Shown: piece by piece, positions 9,027-17,876 of the stretch | Layout of the letters: each line of letters opens with the position of its first letter | How positions within the stretch are numbered: the first letter of the stretch is position 1 | Source of the DNA: Candidatus Bathyarchaeia archaeon | Lineage (GTDB): Archaea > Thermoproteota > Bathyarchaeia > Bathyarchaeales > SOJC01 | DNA: 29,263 bases | NCBI GenBank assembly: GCA_046760665.1 | Contig: JBHIEO010000001.1 | Coordinates: 1-29,263, forward strand | Reading direction: 5' to 3' | The notes under the pieces: model-generated | What the model was told of the DNA's origin: nothing | The model's input: the letters and a program-made list of their open reading frames with translations, nothing else | Databases searched by the model: none | Position numbers and translations under genes: made by a program

Positions 9027-10340
9027 TTGTCTGCCCACGAATCATATAACCAAACATTTAAACTACTCAAAAAACACCATGAATGGATCCAAGAAAGTAT
9101 TCCATTAATAGCAAGCGAAAACGTGTCAAGTCCGGCTGTGCGTGAAGCTTTGGCAAGTGATTTCGGTCATCGTTACGCTGAGGGATGGCCCGGTGAACGT
9201 GTTTACGCTGGGTGTGTATACATAGACCAAGTTGAGCTTTTATGTATTGATTTGATGAAGAAATTGTTTAATGCAGAGTTTGTTGACGTCCGTCCGATTT
9301 CCGGGGTGGTTGCAAACCTTGTGATTTACACGGCTTTCACGGAGCCTGGCGATGTCATGATGGCGTTGTCGATTCCATGTGGTGGTCACATTACGACGGG
9401 TAAGAAGCGACTAGGTGGCACTGCTGGTGCAGTTAGCGGTTTAGATGTGCAATACTTAGCTTTGGATTATAAAGAACTGAACGTTGATGTAGATAAGACT
9501 AAAGAACGAGTGCAAAAACTAGTAGATAAAGGAAAACCGCCTAAGCTAGTGATGTTTGGGGCAAGCGTGTTTCCTTTTCCTCATCCAGTTGAAGAACTAG
9601 CTGAAACTTTTCATGACGCAGGCGCTACGGTTGGCTATGACGCTGCCCACGTAGCCGGTTTGATTGCAGGCGGAAGATTTCAAGACCCTCTGCGAGAAGG
9701 TGTTGACGTCGTTAGCCTAAGCACACATAAAACCCTCTTCGGTCCGCAACACGGGGGGGTACTTTCATTGAGCAAGTACGCAGATGCCATAAAGAGAGCC
9801 ACGTTTCCAGGGATGGTTAGCAATCACCATCTCCATGCCTTAGCGGGCGTCACTGTGGCGTGCGCTGAAATGTTGGAGTTTGGGAAGGAATACGCCGAAC
9901 AGGTAGTTAAGAATGCGAAAATGTTGGCGCAGGCTTTGTATGAACGGGGGTTTAAGGTGTTGGCGGAGCACAAAGGTTTCACCAAGTCCCACGTTATTCT
10001 CATCGATGTGACGCAGCAAGGGGATGGGGGTACAATAGAAGAAACGTTGGAAAAGGCAAACATCATAATAAACCGTAACCTCTTGCCATGGGACATTAAA
10101 GAGGGACGTCACTTCATGCACCCGGGCGGCATAAGACTCGGCACCTCTGAGATAACAAGACTCGGCATGAAAGGATCCGAGATGGTTGAAATCGCGGAAT
10201 TTATGAAACGCGTAATCATCGAAAAAGAAGACGTTAACAAAGTCAAAAAGGATGTTGCAGAGTTTAGAAAAGACTTTCAAAAGGTGCATTACTGTTTTGA
10301 AGACGCTGCAGAAGCATACAAATACATAAAAATCCGCTAG
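9027..10340 (+). CDS. glyA: Serine hydroxymethyltransferase (archaeal type)
   Basis: LIASEN, RYAEG, GGHIT, YDAAHVAGLIAG, STHKTLFGPQHG (PLP lysine), GIRLGT; TTG start. Confidence 0.97.
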   Translation: MSAHESYNQTFKLLKKHHEWIQESIPLIASENVSSPAVREALASDFGHRYAEGWPGERVYAGCVYIDQVELLCIDLMKKLFNAEFVDVRPISGVVANLVIYTAFTEPGDVMMALSIPCGGHITTGKKRLGGTAGAVSGLDVQYLALDYKELNVDVDKTKERVQKLVDKGKPPKLVMFGASVFPFPHPVEELAETFHDAGATVGYDAAHVAGLIAGGRFQDPLREGVDVVSLSTHKTLFGPQHGGVLSLSKYADAIKRATFPGMVSNHHLHALAGVTVACAEMLEFGKEYAEQVVKNAKMLAQALYERGFKVLAEHKGFTKSHVILIDVTQQGDGGTIEETLEKANIIINRNLLPWDIKEGRHFMHPGGIRLGTSEITRLGMKGSEMVEIAEFMKRVIIEKEDVNKVKKDVAEFRKDFQKVHYCFEDAAEAYKYIKIR

Positions 10341-10383
10341 AAAGCATCAATCTTATTCTAAAAAAGTATTGAGGTTGCAGAAG

Positions 10384-10821
10384 ATGAAAGGTGAAACATG
10401 CATATGGACAATAGGGCACAGCAACCGTTCAATCCAAACGTTCATTGAACTAATGCGAGAGTATAGCATAGAAGTTGTAGTCGATGTAAGGAAGTTCCCA
10501 ACATCTAAGATTGAGCATTTCAAACGAAAACAAATGGAACGCTGGCTTCAGAAATATAGCCTAAAATATGTTTGGTTGGGTGAGGAATTAGGAGGTTATC
10601 GTAAAGGCGGATATAAGAACTATATGCGAACAAAGCCTTTCAAAGAAGGAATAGAGCATCTTGTGAAAATCTCAAAAAAAAGACGTGTCTGTATAATGTG
10701 CATGGAGACTAACCCAAAATACTGCCACCGCAAGTTTATTTCGCAGTATTTAGAAAGAAAGGGAGTAAAAGTATTCCACATCCTAAAGAAGGGACAGAAT
10801 TCTTTAACTACTTTGCTTTGA
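10384..10821 (+). CDS. DUF488-family protein
   Basis: IWTIGHSNRS, VVDVRKFPTS, ELGGYR, CIMCME...CHR motifs; ATG 10384 follows GAGGT. Confidence 0.85.
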   Translation: MKGETCIWTIGHSNRSIQTFIELMREYSIEVVVDVRKFPTSKIEHFKRKQMERWLQKYSLKYVWLGEELGGYRKGGYKNYMRTKPFKEGIEHLVKISKKRRVCIMCMETNPKYCHRKFISQYLERKGVKVFHILKKGQNSLTTLL

Positions 10822-10857
10822 AAACATCTTGGGAAAACACTGTTTGAGGATCCATTT

Positions 10858-11163
10858 ATGATTTCAATAAAAGAGTTTCAAAAAATGATGCGACGCATTT
10901 ATTTCCACCGAGATTCCGAACGAGGAGCAGACAGAACCTTCAGATGGCTTAGAGAAGAAGTTGACGAGCTTGGAGAAGCCATGGAAAACGGTGACAAAAA
11001 ACTCTTAGAAGAAGAGTTTGCAGACGTCATCGCTTGGCTTGCGTCGTTGGCTAACGTTCTCAAAATAGACTTGGAAAAGGCTACACTAAGAAAATACGAC
11101 AACTGCTGCCCAAAATGTCTTTCATCACCCTGTAAATGTACTTTCCAAGTAACAAAGAGTTAA
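10858..11163 (+). CDS. MazG-like nucleotide pyrophosphohydrolase with C-terminal Cys cluster
   Basis: WLREEVDELGEA and EEEFADVIAWLASLAN (ExxE...ExxD); C-terminal CCPKCLSSPCKC. Confidence 0.88.
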   Translation: MISIKEFQKMMRRIYFHRDSERGADRTFRWLREEVDELGEAMENGDKKLLEEEFADVIAWLASLANVLKIDLEKATLRKYDNCCPKCLSSPCKCTFQVTKS

Positions 11164-11432
11164 ATGGTTTTCAAACGTTGCTGTCCTATGCCTGTTAACT
11201 TCCAAAAATAAGGTTTTTTACTTGTTTTACGCGAAACGATTTTCTCGGCTGCCAAAAGCCGTAAGTGGTGAAGAACCACGCTGTAGTTCAATCCAGATTC
11301 CTTTGCCACAATGTTTGCAGTAGCGCTTTTTCTTTCAAGAATCCTAAGGATTTTAGTACGTGAAGCCAATCCCTGTTGAACGTTCCTTGTTTCACTCAAG
11401 TAGGCATTTGGATGAAAAACTAGTTTAGCCAT
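11160..11432 (-). CDS. ArsR-like winged-helix protein
   Basis: RTKILRIL...ATANIVAKESGLNYSVVLHHLRLLAAEKIV...YFWKLT wHTH pattern. Confidence 0.8.
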   Translation of the reverse strand: MAKLVFHPNAYLSETRNVQQGLASRTKILRILERKSATANIVAKESGLNYSVVLHHLRLLAAEKIVSRKTSKKPYFWKLTGIGQQRLKTI

Positions 11433-11473
11433 AACACTATCAACTATATTTCTGCATTTCAGGCAAAAAAGGT

Positions 11474-14400
11474 TTAGGCAAAGTCAACAAGGCTTATCTG
11501 TCGAGGCTTTTTACCTTCAAACAGAGTAATAAGCTCTTCTTCCACTAAGGCAAGACGATGAAGGTAGTATTTAGGTAAACCGTACTTTTGAATGAGGCGC
11601 CGTGCAGCATCCAGATACTTTTCGATTCCGCCGCGATACACGGTCAACGACAAAGGCCCTCCGCATTCCAGGCATTTCCCCTTTAGTGGTATGCGGCGAA
11701 AACGTTTGTTGCAGAGTTTGCACCGGAAGCCTTGAGTTGAAAAAGCACGGAGGTTTCCAGAGATGTCTCTTAGAAAATGGCTAGTTAAAACTTTAAAAGC
11801 TACTCGTTTAGCGTCTACGGCCTCGATTTTTTCTGCAAGCGCTAACTGACTGTGTAGCTTGTCGGTCATCTTCTTAAGCTTCTTATACGTACTCTCACGA
11901 TTTCCCATATTAACGTTTGAAACGGGAATCGTAAAGCCGAATCCTTCAAACTGCGCTTCGGTTCCCAACTTGTGTGCAATCAAATCAATAAGATTCGATG
12001 CTTTCCAAGGAGATGCCTTCTCTAACGTTTTTTCGTAAAACTCTAAAGGATACTGGCTAGCGACGTCGAACTCATGTGCCTGCCGCTGCACTTCCACTGG
12101 ATTAACAATTGGGATAATGAAAAGCGGTGCGTCCATTATGCCACCAATTTGGGAAGGCAGATACTCCCTTGAAAAATTTAACAAAGTATCAAGGGCAAGC
12201 ATTAAAGCATCTTCGTCTCCATCACAATCGCGCCGTTTTGCAGAATGCCATAAAGGATGAGCATAACAAACATTAAGATCAGTAAACCCTACGATGCGCC
12301 CTAAAATGCCGACAGAAGTGTGAGGCGCCAAACCAATTACAAGATGACCAACCAAGTCTTCAACTTGCTTCACATCATAATAGCTGGAAACTTTGTAGAC
12401 TTTTTCGAGAAGTTGGTCAATGAAATTCGCAACTTGAACAAAATACGTTGCACTCTTCTGTGGAATAATAATATCTTGTACTTTTAACTCACAAATTTGT
12501 TCTTCACTAGTTAGAGATCTACCTTGAAAGTCCACTGTGTAGCCTAGTTGCCTAAGCTTTTCTGTTGAAACTTTGACTTCAATAGGTTTAAAATGGGTTA
12601 TCGGAGCGTTTGTGGCATCAAATCTTATTGTTCCATCTTTATAAACAGACAGGTCTTCTTTTGAGCGAAGAATGCCTTTCTCAACAATTTCAGCTACTTT
12701 GTGTTCGTTTGATAAGCCTTTCACTCCTTTGACAATTTCAGGTTGCTTAACCTCTAATAGGTGGCAGGCATCGTTAATCATGGTTTTCAGGTCAAATCTT
12801 TGTCGTTGAAAGCCACGGGTTGGGATTCTGCAAGTTGGACAAACATCGTCGTCGATTCTTACACCACACCGGGGACAGATTTTCTCGAGAGCTGTTTCAA
12901 CATGGCATGAAAGACATTTTACTCTAAAAGTTAGCTTTTGACAGATTGGGCATCGGCGTTTTACCAAGTCTACATGAATTGGTCCTTTCTGCGCCGCCGC
13001 AATTAAATTGCGCTGTGAACCACCTGATAACCCCACGGGAAAGAGCAGATGAACACGCGGCTTCATTTCACGCCTTTTTGCTTTCTCAGGCCTACCCATA
13101 CGGGCACCTATAGTGGTTGGCGCTTTTGCTCGAACTATAATGCCTGAAAGGCTTTTTAGCGCTTCCAAGGGAGAAATCGTAATGTCAATTTCGGCTACAG
13201 ATTTGGTAACACCCAAGCAAGTGATCAAGGCAAAAGCTTCGTCGCCTTCAATCATTATTTGATTTTCAACAATTTTGTGGGGAAGACATAAACGTTCCAG
13301 AGTACTCTTAACTGCAGTGCCTAGTTTACCAGTTATCTTGGAGCCCTGTTCACCTCCTTGGTGAATCTTAGAGGCGAGTAACCATTTACGCAATTCCTGC
13401 AATTCCTCAGTTGTAATATGTGACCAGAAAAAGCTGTAATGTGGATGAAGAGGTACATGGAGGTTTTTGGCTATCGCAACAGCTTCCCTAGCAGTTGGTT
13501 TGTTGTAAAAAGGTTGTAAAAGGAACCTTTCTAAACGTTGTGCTGAAACGTTGGCGACTCTGGCCGCCTGTTCAAAGCTGCCGTTGAAGCGTTGAGCTAT
13601 TGCTAAGTTTAGTTCCTCGCTCCACCATTCTTCTGTATACCCTGAGGGGCGAAGCTTTTTGTTATTGTATAAGAAGTCGCCGAAGCTAATGAGCATATCA
13701 CCTAAAAAAAGAACCTTATCAATTTTGTTTTTTATTCGACTGAAGTTCTGTGTTGAAACGCGAGTTACTGATCGGTCTTTCAGTAACACTGTGGGTGGTT
13801 CAATGGTGTCTACAGGCGTAACCACTCCGCCTTTACCAGGCAACTCTATGCGAACTTGTGTACCTCCAGCGAGGAACTGGTTTAGAACCATCATCGTCAA
13901 AGGGTGTACTCCAACGGCAGCCAAACCGGTGTTTCTTGCCCGACCATAACGGAGACGAAATCCACCAAGTTTTGAAGGAAAAGAAAAAATAGGACGCCCA
14001 GCAATTATGTCCTCCATAAAACCAGCAGTTCTTTTCTTTTCTTCTTCGGTGCCCCGCGCTTCACCTGCATGTTGCAGCCAATCCCAGCCCTCGATGCCCA
14101 ATTTCTTTACAATGGTGAAAACCTTTGCTGCTCGCCCTATCACACCATCATTTACTACACGTAATGCGCCGCCGCGAACGCGGTTTGTTTCTATTCTTGG
14201 CAGATTGCGGAAAGATTGCACTTCAATTGGAGCAGATTCAGTGCCTGTCACTTCAACAGGCATCGACTCTATGGCCATTCGAAGCTGCGCATCCGTAACG
14301 TGGTATTGGAATCGACCTAAGTTTCGCTCATAAAGCCGCATTTCTTCAATAAACCGGTTGATTTCTTCCTCTGTAGGCTTATAACGATCTAAGCCTAGAA

Positions 14401-14899
14401 GGCGACGTACAAAGTCGCCAATCACCAGCGTTAATGCTTGATCTGTGCCGCCCGCAGAACGAATTGGCCCCGCAAAATAAATAGCCAAATATTTCGTCCG
14501 GTCAAAATTTGTTTTTATAGAGACTTTCGCCACCCCTTGAAGAGGCGCCGCCGTGATGCCTTCGGTAAGTATGGCAAGGGATGTACGAACAGCTTGTTCT
14601 GCTGCGGTTTGAGTATCCATATGGCCAAACTTACCGTAAACAATTTTTTCAGCAATCTTAAAAGCAAGTTCTTCGCGGTGAAGCTTTTCACTTAGTTCTC
14701 TTATGCTCTTTGCAACTCCACTGGGACCCACTAAACCTTCTACAAGTTCAGCAAGATCCTTAGCAACTTCGGGTTCTGGTTTTAATGCAGGGTCCAATCC
14801 TTTTTCTCGTGCCTTTTCAGCAATTCCATAAAGTCTTTGCAGTTCATTTTCAAGGCAACTTGTATATTGTTGATATCCTTTGCTCATCTTGATGCCCAA
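11474..14899 (-). CDS. polC: DNA polymerase D large subunit DP2
   Basis: YFAGPIRSAGGT, GGFRLRYGR, RMGRPEKA, catalytic KRRDCDGDED, Zn fingers, C-terminal PIP-like QISLVDFA. No intein. Start is TTG 14899 or ATG 14887. Confidence 0.97.
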   Translation of the reverse strand: MGIKMSKGYQQYTSCLENELQRLYGIAEKAREKGLDPALKPEPEVAKDLAELVEGLVGPSGVAKSIRELSEKLHREELAFKIAEKIVYGKFGHMDTQTAAEQAVRTSLAILTEGITAAPLQGVAKVSIKTNFDRTKYLAIYFAGPIRSAGGTDQALTLVIGDFVRRLLGLDRYKPTEEEINRFIEEMRLYERNLGRFQYHVTDAQLRMAIESMPVEVTGTESAPIEVQSFRNLPRIETNRVRGGALRVVNDGVIGRAAKVFTIVKKLGIEGWDWLQHAGEARGTEEEKKRTAGFMEDIIAGRPIFSFPSKLGGFRLRYGRARNTGLAAVGVHPLTMMVLNQFLAGGTQVRIELPGKGGVVTPVDTIEPPTVLLKDRSVTRVSTQNFSRIKNKIDKVLFLGDMLISFGDFLYNNKKLRPSGYTEEWWSEELNLAIAQRFNGSFEQAARVANVSAQRLERFLLQPFYNKPTAREAVAIAKNLHVPLHPHYSFFWSHITTEELQELRKWLLASKIHQGGEQGSKITGKLGTAVKSTLERLCLPHKIVENQIMIEGDEAFALITCLGVTKSVAEIDITISPLEALKSLSGIIVRAKAPTTIGARMGRPEKAKRREMKPRVHLLFPVGLSGGSQRNLIAAAQKGPIHVDLVKRRCPICQKLTFRVKCLSCHVETALEKICPRCGVRIDDDVCPTCRIPTRGFQRQRFDLKTMINDACHLLEVKQPEIVKGVKGLSNEHKVAEIVEKGILRSKEDLSVYKDGTIRFDATNAPITHFKPIEVKVSTEKLRQLGYTVDFQGRSLTSEEQICELKVQDIIIPQKSATYFVQVANFIDQLLEKVYKVSSYYDVKQVEDLVGHLVIGLAPHTSVGILGRIVGFTDLNVCYAHPLWHSAKRRDCDGDEDALMLALDTLLNFSREYLPSQIGGIMDAPLFIIPIVNPVEVQRQAHEFDVASQYPLEFYEKTLEKASPWKASNLIDLIAHKLGTEAQFEGFGFTIPVSNVNMGNRESTYKKLKKMTDKLHSQLALAEKIEAVDAKRVAFKVLTSHFLRDISGNLRAFSTQGFRCKLCNKRFRRIPLKGKCLECGGPLSLTVYRGGIEKYLDAARRLIQKYGLPKYYLHRLALVEEELITLFEGKKPRQISLVDFA

Positions 14900-15084
14900 G
14901 AATCTCGCCTAGTAACCGCAATTACAGAATACGTATTTTGAGTTTTCTGACATAAACAAGGTTAAAATTATCAAAAACGTGAAAACCGTTGTTGTATTTA
15001 TGGACAGCAACTTGGTTATTTTTTGTGTGTTCTGCCCAGCCTCGTTATTAGGTGCCCAAAAACATGTTCAAGGGCAACAGCGAT

Positions 15085-15840
15085 CTAAATTCTTCCACTC
15101 TTTTTAATAGTTGCCACAAGTCTTTTGAACCTGCTTTTAGTGCCTATTTCTTCGATTACGTTTCCAGTAACAACTATGTCTGCACCAGCCATAACAGCAG
15201 TTTTTGCTTGTTCGCTCTTCCGAATCCCGCCTCCAACAATCAATGGGATATTTATAGCTTGTTTTACGGTTTTTACCATGATTGGCGGAACAGGTTGACT
15301 TGCCCCAGACCCTGCCTCCAAATATACGAATCTCATACCAAAATATTGCGCCGCCAACGCATGGACTGCAGCAAGCTCCGGTTTCGTGTAGGGAATTGGA
15401 ACGGCTCGCCCTACTATTCCAGCAGTACCGCCTTCTCCTACGATAATGTAGCCTAGTGGTAGAGCTTCTAAACCGTATTTTTTAACCATAGGTGCGCCTA
15501 AAACTTGAGCGCCGATTAGAAAGTAAGGATCAGTCGAGTTTAGAAGGGACATAAACCATATTGCGTCAGCATATTTGCTGATTCCAGTCACGTTATTTGG
15601 AAACAAAATTATAGGAATTTTTACCGTGCGTTTTATCGCCTTTATTACACTGTCCAAATGTGTTGTGGATATAGAAGTAGAGCCCCCCACCATAATGGCT
15701 GTTGATTTGTACGTTTCTACTTTCTTAGCTATGCGAGAAGCAGAAGAGGCTGTAACTTTCTCTGGGTCAATAAGAGTTAGGTGAATAGCGCCTTCTTCTT
15801 GAATGTTTTCTAGAAGATATTTTTCTACAGGGCCAACCAT
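15085..15840 (-). CDS. Geranylgeranylglyceryl phosphate (GGGP) synthase, group II-like
   Basis: HLTLIDPEK, IMVGGS, PIILFP, YIIV, MRFVYLEAGSGA, LIVGGGIR, VTGN; start reassigned to ATG 15840. Confidence 0.93.
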   Translation of the reverse strand: MVGPVEKYLLENIQEEGAIHLTLIDPEKVTASSASRIAKKVETYKSTAIMVGGSTSISTTHLDSVIKAIKRTVKIPIILFPNNVTGISKYADAIWFMSLLNSTDPYFLIGAQVLGAPMVKKYGLEALPLGYIIVGEGGTAGIVGRAVPIPYTKPELAAVHALAAQYFGMRFVYLEAGSGASQPVPPIMVKTVKQAINIPLIVGGGIRKSEQAKTAVMAGADIVVTGNVIEEIGTKSRFKRLVATIKKSGRI

Positions 15841-15853
15841 ATGAAACCCTTTG

Positions 15854-16114
15854 CTACGTAGTTGTTGTAGTTTTTGATGCCCTCCTCTCACTATAGTATT
15901 TGTCGGTAAATCTGCAATAAACATCAATGCTCTTATAAGAGAGTTTAATAGGTAACTCGTCGGTCAAGTCGCAACCGCCACAACGCACCACAGCTCTTTC
16001 TTCTTCCTTAATAAGTTCAACGCGTATTGCTTCTTTTCCGCAGCGGGGGCAGAGAAAGACTTGTGGCAAACGCTTCTTGGGAATGCGAACAACTTTCCTC
16101 CGCCTTCTCCCCAT
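15854..16114 (-). CDS. elf1: Transcription elongation factor Elf1 (Zn ribbon)
   Basis: MGRRRRK, FLCPRCG...[13 protein letters not shown]; characteristic Elf1 pattern. Confidence 0.9.
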   Translation of the reverse strand: MGRRRRKVVRIPKKRLPQVFLCPRCGKEAIRVELIKEEERAVVRCGGCDLTDELPIKLSYKSIDVYCRFTDKYYSERRASKTTTTT

Positions 16115-16183
16115 GTCTTCAAGCCTCTATTTCTTAACATCTAGCCAACATTCCTTAAATATTTACCCAAAGCCTCCACAATC

Positions 16184-16245
16184 TTTGAGCGTCTTGATAA
16201 CTGTTTAGCACTAAAAAGCGCAAGTATTTGAGCGTCTTGATAACT
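16184..16245. repeat. Perfect 19-bp direct repeat TTTGAGCGTCTTGATAACT x2 (16184-16202, 16227-16245)
   Basis: Read directly from the sequence; 24-bp spacer, 43-bp period. Confidence 0.95.
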
Positions 16246-17218
16246 TCCTCGGCATCACTAAATCTGCGATGTCTACGCTATGATCAAAAATTCGATACAT
16301 CGAGGACGCAACAGTCAAAGTAAGAGGCACAGCCTCTGTTGACTGTTTCTTTGCTGCGGATTCTATTTGGTGGAACGTATTCTCTATCTCTGTTTTTTCA
16401 TCTCGTACTTCTTCTGCTAGAACAACGTCATGCCCGAAGAACGCTTTTAGGGCCTTTTCTTGAGCCTCAAAAACTATTGAATGAAACTTTCCTATGAGCT
16501 TTGAAAACTCTTTAGAAACCTTCACTCCCTTTAACGCTAGGGTTTTATAAGCAATCTCTACGGATCTGTCACCTATAGTTTCAACAAGACTTGCACATAA
16601 GCGGTAGTCGAGGCAATCAATAGAGTGGATTCCTAATTTCTCGCCTAAACTTGGATTTTGGATTACAGTTCGCAGGATTCGTACATGGAGAAAATAAAGC
16701 CTATTCACTTCATCATCACGAGCAATCACATTTTTAGCTAAATGTACGTCGCCTTCTAGAAAGGCCCTTACGGCGTCTCGGTGCATGCTAGCGGCAATGT
16801 TGTACTCGCGTCTTAAAATCTTCTCAGGTGGAAACGCGGTGGGTTCCAACAAACATTGCAAAACAATACGGGCATAATTTTCCTCTACAATCTCCAAACC
16901 GACAAGACGACTAGAGGCTTGCTTGACTACTGTTCTCTCACTTGGTAGGATGTGGTTTTTAGCTTCAATACAAATTACATCATAACCAAGCAAATATTTA
17001 CCAACAATTTCTCTGTCTAAATAGCGTGTTGGTTTCAGCACAACGTTTAAGGGCTTACGTTCGACATCATATTGAGGGTCAAGACGTAAACGTCCATCAA
17101 TAGACTCCGAAACTGCTAAAAGTGCTCCTTTGTCAAGCCCAACACGTTCCGCCCAATCCTTAGGTAAGGAGACAAAAAAAGTACCGCTGTTGGTACGCTG
17201 AACCTTACGAAGCTCCAT
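16211..17218 (-). CDS. phoU: Phosphate-uptake regulator (AbrB/SpoVT N-domain plus two PhoU repeats)
   Basis: MELRKVQRTNSGTFFVSLPKDWA (AbrB), DDEVNRLYFL, ETIGDRSVEIA, RIFDHSVDIAD; start reassigned to ATG 17218. Confidence 0.88.
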   Translation of the reverse strand: MELRKVQRTNSGTFFVSLPKDWAERVGLDKGALLAVSESIDGRLRLDPQYDVERKPLNVVLKPTRYLDREIVGKYLLGYDVICIEAKNHILPSERTVVKQASSRLVGLEIVEENYARIVLQCLLEPTAFPPEKILRREYNIAASMHRDAVRAFLEGDVHLAKNVIARDDEVNRLYFLHVRILRTVIQNPSLGEKLGIHSIDCLDYRLCASLVETIGDRSVEIAYKTLALKGVKVSKEFSKLIGKFHSIVFEAQEKALKAFFGHDVVLAEEVRDEKTEIENTFHQIESAAKKQSTEAVPLTLTVASSMYRIFDHSVDIADLVMPRKLSRRSNTCAF

Positions 17219-17276
17219 AACACTGCACCAAACGTTCGTTGAAAGTCTAAAGCAATCACACAATATATAGATATAG

Positions 17277-17876
17277 GTGGCAAAAATGGAAGTTGAAAAG
17301 GAAGTTATAATAGGTATAGACTTGGCAGCTTTAGAAAAAAATCCAACAGGATGGGCCTATTGGAAAAACAAAAAAATTTTAACACGCTGCCCATATACAG
17401 ACAAAGAGATAGTAAATTTAACAGTCAACTACAAACCACGCATTGTAGCAATAGATGCACCTTTAACGCTGCCGCAAACTGGCACTACACGAAAAGCAGA
17501 CAAAGAAATGCTCAAACAAGGTTACCCTGTCTTTCCACCCCTTATGCACTCGATGAAAAGCCTTACTAAACGCGCTATTTCTCTAACCCATGTGCTGAGA
17601 ACCAACAGATTATGTGTCATTGAAATTCATCCCGCATCAACCAGAAAAGCCTTGGGCATGCCAACAAAAAACTGGCAAAAAGTTCAAACCTTTCTAAAGC
17701 AAATAGGCTTAAAGGGAGACCTCGAAATACGCACTCTAACACCACACGAAATCGACGCTATCACTGCTGCTCTAACAGCCTACCTACATTTACGAGGAAA
17801 GACCAGAGAAGTAGGCGATAGAAAAGAAGGGTCTATCGTGATTCCAATAAGAAATAGCTGGAAGGCAATTACATGA
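17277..17876 (+). CDS. DUF429-family predicted nuclease (RNase H-like fold)
   Basis: IIGIDLA, VAIDAPL, RxADKEM, IEIHP, HEIDAITAA acidic motifs; ATGA overlap with DP1. Confidence 0.82.
   Translation: MAKMEVEKEVIIGIDLAALEKNPTGWAYWKNKKILTRCPYTDKEIVNLTVNYKPRIVAIDAPLTLPQTGTTRKADKEMLKQGYPVFPPLMHSMKSLTKRAISLTHVLRTNRLCVIEIHPASTRKALGMPTKNWQKVQTFLKQIGLKGDLEIRTLTPHEIDAITAALTAYLHLRGKTREVGDRKEGSIVIPIRNSWKAIT

Noticed and set aside
16184-16245. 19-bp repeat pair as a mini-CRISPR array
   Set aside because: Only two copies, the repeat is too short, there is no leader or cas gene, and one copy is inside a CDS.
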